From the IMG/VR virus record IMGVR_UViG_2693429557_000011: DNA of 29,524 nucleotides; one strand, written 5' to 3'. Below are positions 25,849 to 29,524 of the stretch, one piece after another; the first letter of the stretch is position 1; each line of letters opens with the position of its first letter. The translations under genes were made by a program, and so were the position numbers. A model generated the notes under the pieces. The model saw nothing but the letters and a program-made list of their open reading frames with translations. It did not search any database and was not told the origin of the DNA. The stretch comes from a virus (Duplodnaviria > Heunggongvirae > Uroviricota > Caudoviricetes).

Positions 25849-25850
25849 NC
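25849..25850. other. Two ambiguous bases (nn): probable contig/scaffold junction
   Basis: The nn is seen directly. The sequence to the left is P2-like H, and the sequence to the right is the in-frame C-terminus of a lambda J-type protein, with no stop or start in between. Confidence 0.6.
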
Positions 25851-26962
25851 GCAGTGTGAACACCGTTGGCAAATCGGCATTCGTGGAGGCTGTCGGTCGG
25901 GCGAGCGATGATGCGGAAGGTTACTTGGATTTTTTCAAAGGAGAGATAGGGAAAACACATCTGGCTCAGGAGCTGTGGACGCAGATTGATAACGGTCAGC
26001 TTGCGCCTGACCTGGCTGAAATCAGGACGTCCATTACGGATGTCAGCAATGAAATCACGCAGACCGTCAATAAGAAACTGGAAGACCAGAGTGCGGCAAT
26101 TCAGCAGATACAGAAGGTTCAGGTTGATACAAATAATAATCTGAACAGCATGTGGGCTGTGAAGCTGCAACAGATGAAGGACGGACGCCTTTATATTGCG
26201 GGTATCGGTGCCGGTATTGAGAATACGCCAGCAGGAATGCAGAGTCAGGTGCTGCTGGCGGCAGACAGGATTGCGATGATTAATCCTGCGAATGGCAACA
26301 CAAAGCCGATGTTTGTTGGTCAGGGCGATCAGATATTCATGAACGACGTGTTCCTGAAACGCCTGACGGCTCCCACCATTACCAGCGGCGGTAATCCTCC
26401 GGCATTTTCCCTGACACCGGACGGAAAACTGACCGCTAAAAATGCAGATATCAGTGGCAGTGTGAATGCGAACGCCGGGACGCTCAACAATGTCACAATT
26501 AATGAGAACTGTCAGATTAAGGGGAAACTGTCAGCCAACCAGATTGAAGGCGATATAGTCAAAACAGTGGGTAAGGCTTTTCCGCGGGACTCCCGGGCAC
26601 CGGAGCGGTGGCCATCAGGGACCATTACCGTCAGGATTTATGACGATCAGCCTTTTGACAGGCAAATTGTTATTCCGGCGGTGGCATTCAGCGGCGCTAA
26701 ACATGAGCGGGAGAATAACGATATTTATTCGTCATGCCGCCTGATAGTACGGAAAAACGGTGCTGAAATTTATAACCGTACCGCGCTGGATAATACGCTG
26801 ATTTACAGTGGTGTTATTGATATGCCAGCTGGTCGCGGCCACATGACGCTGGAGTTTTCGGTGTCAGCATGGCTGGTGAATAACTGGTATCCCACAGCAA
26901 GTATCAGCGATTTGCTGGTTGTGGTGATGAAGAAAGCCACCGCAGGCATCAGTATCAGCTGA
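25851..26962 (+). CDS. J: C-terminal ~370 aa of a lambda J-type central tail fibre / host-specificity protein (receptor-binding end)
   Basis: [29 protein letters not shown] ... [26 protein letters not shown] ... [44 protein letters not shown] ... MPAGRG ... [10 protein letters not shown] closely follows my recollection of the lambda gpJ C-terminus. It is followed by lom and stf as in lambda. It has no start codon (partial, 5' truncated). Confidence 0.8.
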
Positions 26963-26980
26963 ATTTTATAACCCATATAC

Positions 26981-27006
26981 GGGCGCCAGAAATGGCGCCT
27001 TTTTTA
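26981..27006 (+). terminator. Rho-independent terminator after J
   Basis: The hairpin gggcgcc-agaaat-ggcgcc is followed by tttttt. Confidence 0.7.
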
Positions 27007-27029
27007 TTGCAGAAAAGCGAGAGGTAATT

Positions 27030-27661
27030 ATGCGTAAAGTTTGTGCAGCCATTTTGTCCGCAGCCATTTGCCTGGCCGTATCCGGTGCGCCTGCATGGGC
27101 GTCTGAACATCAGTCCACACTGAGCGCGGGGTATCTTCATGCCCGTACGAACGCTCCCGGCAGCGATAATCTGAACGGGATTAACGTGAAATACCGTTAT
27201 GAGTTTACGGACGCGCTGGGGCTGNNNNNNNNNNNNNNNNNNNNNNNNNNNNNNNNNNNNNNNNNNNNNNNNNNNNNNNNNNNNNNNNNNNNNNNNNNNN
27301 NNNNTACAGCGATACCCGCTGGCATGAAGATTCCGTGCGTAACCGCTGGTTCAGCGTGATGGCGGGGCCGTCTGTACGCGTGAATGAATGGTTCAGCGCG
27401 TATGCGATGGTGGGTGTGGCTTACAGCCGTGTGTCGACTTTCTCCGGGGATTATCTCCGCGTAACTGACAACAAGGGGAAAACGCACGATGTGCTGACCG
27501 GAAGTGATGACGGTCGCCACAGCAACACGTCTCTGGCGTGGGGGGCTGGCGTGCAGTTTAACCCGACCGAATCCGTGACCATTGACCTTGCTTATGAAGG
27601 TTCCGGTAGTGGTGACTGGCGAACGGATGCATTTATTGTTGGTATCGGATACCGTATCTGA
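27030..27661 (+). CDS. lom: Lom-family outer-membrane beta-barrel protein (Ail/OmpX/PagC family), interrupted by an 80-N gap
   Basis: MRKVCAAILSAAICLAVSGAPAWASEHQSTLSAGYLHARTNAPGSDNLNGINVKYRYEFTD on one side and ...RWFSVMAGPSVRVNEWFSAYAMVGVAYSRVSTF...GIGYRI on the other are near-identical to lambda Lom as recalled. The apparent frame change is caused by the N-run at 27225-27304. Confidence 0.85.
27225..27304. other. Assembly gap (80 N) inside lom
   Basis: The run of n characters is seen directly. Confidence 0.99.
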
Positions 27662-27766
27662 CAACAGACGCCGATTTATCTTCTGTAAATATTGTTATGA
27701 TACGCAGGTTCATCCACCTTATGGGGTGAACTGCGTTTGAGGAAACGTAAAGTTACACTGTCCTGA

Positions 27767-27800
27767 AGCCCGTGGCGTCACTGCTGCGGGCTTTTTTTAT
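27767..27800 (+). terminator. Rho-independent terminator after lom
   Basis: The arm aagcccg pairs with cgggctt across tggcgtcactgctg and is followed by a T7 run. Confidence 0.65.
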
Positions 27801-27812
27801 TGGTGGAAAAGT

Positions 27813-29524
27813 ATGACAGTAAAAATTTCTGGCGTGCTTAAAGATGGCACAGGAAAACCAGTACAGAACTGCACCATTGTGCTGAAGGCCAGACGAACCA
27901 GCAGCACGATGGTGGTGAACACGGTGGCCTCTGAAAATCCGGATGAAGCCGGACGTTACAGCATGGATGTTGAGCATGGTCAGTACAGCGTCACCCTGCT
28001 GGTTGAAGGTTTTCCGCCTTCACATGCCGGGACCATTACCGTCTATGAAGGTTCCAGACCAGGTACGCTGAATGATTTTCTCGGTGCCATGACGGAGGAT
28101 GATGTCCGACCGGAGGCACTGCGCCGCTTTGAGCAGATGGTGGAAGAGGTGTCACGTAACGCCTCCGCGGTTGCACAGAATACGGCAGCCGCGAAAAAAT
28201 CAGCCAGCGAGGCGGCAACTCATGCAACCGATGCTGCAGCCTCAGCACGTGCCGCCAGCACGTCAGCCGGACAGGCCGCGTCGTCGGCTCAGTCAGCGTC
28301 TTCCAGCGCAGGAACGGCATCGACAAAGGCCCGTGAAGCAGCAAAAAGTGCTGCTGCAGAGTCATCAAAAAGCGCGGCAGCTACCAGCGCCAGTGCCGCG
28401 AAAACGTCAGAAACGAATGCCGCAGCATCACAAAAATCGGCAGCCACTTCTGCATCCACAGCGACCACGAAGGCGTCAGAAGCTGCCACCTCGGCACGGG
28501 GTGCGGCGGCCTCAAAAGAGGCAGCGAAATCTTCAGAAACGAATGCATCATCAAGTGCCAGTAGTGCAGCTTCCTCGGCAACGGCGGCAGGAAATTCCGC
28601 GAAGGCGGCAAAAACGTCCGAGACGAACGCTAAGTCTTCTGAAACAGCAGCGGGACAGAGCGCCTCAGCTGCGGCAGGTTCAAAAACAGCGGCTGCATTA
28701 TCTGCCAGTGCCGCGTCAACAAGTGCCGGGCAGGCCTCAGCCAGTGCCACCGCCGCCGGAAAATCGGCAGAAAGCGCCGCATCATCCGCTTCAACAGCCA
28801 CAACGAAGGCTGGCAAAGCCACTGAGCAAGCCACTGCAGCAGCGAGGTCTGCTTCTGCAGCAAAAACCTCTGAAACAAATGCAAAGACTTCAGCAGACAA
28901 TGCTGCTTCCTCTAAGGCAGCAGCCGCATCGTCAGCCAGTTCAGCGGCGTCATCGGCATCATCTGCGTCTGCTTCAAAAGATGAGGCGACCAGACAAGCG
29001 TCAGCAGCGAAAGGTAGTGCCACGACAGCAACAACGAAAGCATCAGAGGCGGCAGGCAGTGCGACGGCTGCATCTCAGAGCAAAGTTGCTGCTGAATCCG
29101 CGGCAACGCGCGCCGAGACAGCAGCAAAACGGGCAGAGGATATTGCATCCGCCGTGGCGCTTGAGGATGCGAGCACGACGAAAAAGGGGATAGTACAGCT
29201 CAGCAGTGCGACCAACAGCACTTCCGAGTCACTGGCGGCAACGCCAAAAGCGGTTAAGGCGGTAATGGGTGAAACGAACAAGAAAGCGCCCTTAAATAGT
29301 CCTGCACTGACCGGAACGCCAACAACACCAACTGCGCGACAGGGAACGAATAATACCCAAATCGCAAGCACGGCTTTCGTTATGGCTGCGATTGCCGCAC
29401 TTGTAGACTCTTCGCCTGATGCACTGAACACACTGAACGAGCTGGCGGCGGCGCTGGGCAACGACCCGAATTTTGCGACCACCATGACTAACGCGCTTGC
29501 GGGTAAGCAACCGAAAGATGCCAC
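27813..29524 (+). CDS. stf: Lambda Stf-type side tail fibre, N-terminal ~570 codons (open at the window end)
   Basis: The N-terminus MTVKISGVLKDGTGKPVQNCTIVLKARR...YSMDVEHGQYSVTLLVEGFPPSHAGTITVYE is near-identical to lambda Stf as recalled (MAVKISGVLKDGTGKPVQNCTIQLKARR...). A long Ala/Ser-rich repeat region follows, then the conserved KKGIVQLSSATNSTSESLAATPKAV...NELAAALGNDPNFATTMTNALAGKQPKDA segment. There is no stop within the window, so the six-frame track omits it; the track shows only out-of-frame artefacts there. Confidence 0.85.
   Translation, partial: MTVKISGVLKDGTGKPVQNCTIVLKARRTSSTMVVNTVASENPDEAGRYSMDVEHGQYSVTLLVEGFPPSHAGTITVYEGSRPGTLNDFLGAMTEDDVRPEALRRFEQMVEEVSRNASAVAQNTAAAKKSASEAATHATDAAASARAASTSAGQAASSAQSASSSAGTASTKAREAAKSAAAESSKSAAATSASAAKTSETNAAASQKSAATSASTATTKASEAATSARGAAASKEAAKSSETNASSSASSAASSATAAGNSAKAAKTSETNAKSSETAAGQSASAAAGSKTAAALSASAASTSAGQASASATAAGKSAESAASSASTATTKAGKATEQATAAARSASAAKTSETNAKTSADNAASSKAAAASSASSAASSASSASASKDEATRQASAAKGSATTATTKASEAAGSATAASQSKVAAESAATRAETAAKRAEDIASAVALEDASTTKKGIVQLSSATNSTSESLAATPKAVKAVMGETNKKAPLNSPALTGTPTTPTARQGTNNTQIASTAFVMAAIAALVDSSPDALNTLNELAAALGNDPNFATTMTNALAGKQPKDA

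Noticed and set aside
28099-29193. 364-aa Q/R/P-rich plus-strand ORF, and a 244-aa Ala-rich minus-strand ORF (28289-29023)
   Set aside because: Both lie in the Ala/Ser-rich repeat region of stf. The real frame is the one starting at 27813, whose N-terminus matches lambda Stf. These are out-of-frame or antisense artefacts of the GC-rich repeat.
24925-29524. Interpretation of the two tail-fibre segments as a tandem gene duplication within one phage
   Set aside because: The flanking genes differ in kind (P2 baseplate genes versus lambda J and lom), and an 'nn' junction plus an N gap lie between them. Two different prophages with homologous fibre modules, joined by scaffolding, explain it better.

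Overview
This window is a composite of three parts. First (1-2915) comes the E. coli-type nlpC-btuD-btuE-btuC chromosomal block, all on the minus strand. Second, immediately upstream of btuC, lies a P2-like (Peduovirus-type) prophage. Its integrase is on the minus strand, with an AT-rich two-gene moron between the int 3' end and the chromosome. Then follow the C repressor, cox, small early genes, and a 940-aa A-type HUH replication protein. An accessory hotspot sits where P2 carries tin/old; it holds a ParM/ParR-like actin-type partition pair plus three small unknown genes. After that come the probable cos region, portal Q and terminase P on the minus strand, then the late genes O-N-M-L-X on the plus strand. 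A lysis cassette (holin, SAR-type endolysin, nested spanins) follows, then R, S, and baseplate V-W-J-I, and the N-terminal part of tail fibre H. The P2-like block ends at an 'nn' at 25849-25850. Third, from 25851 to the end, is a lambda-like segment: the C-terminal roughly 370 aa of a J-type central tail fibre, lom (interrupted by an 80-N gap), and the first ~570 codons of a lambda Stf-type side tail fibre. The P2/lambda adjacency is most likely a scaffold join at a ~220-bp block of ~97 percent identity shared by the two tail-fibre genes. All family assignments rest on my recall of P2, 186, lambda and R1 proteins and on synteny; no database search was possible. Long antisense ORFs inside GC-rich genes (A, P, stf) were treated as spurious.
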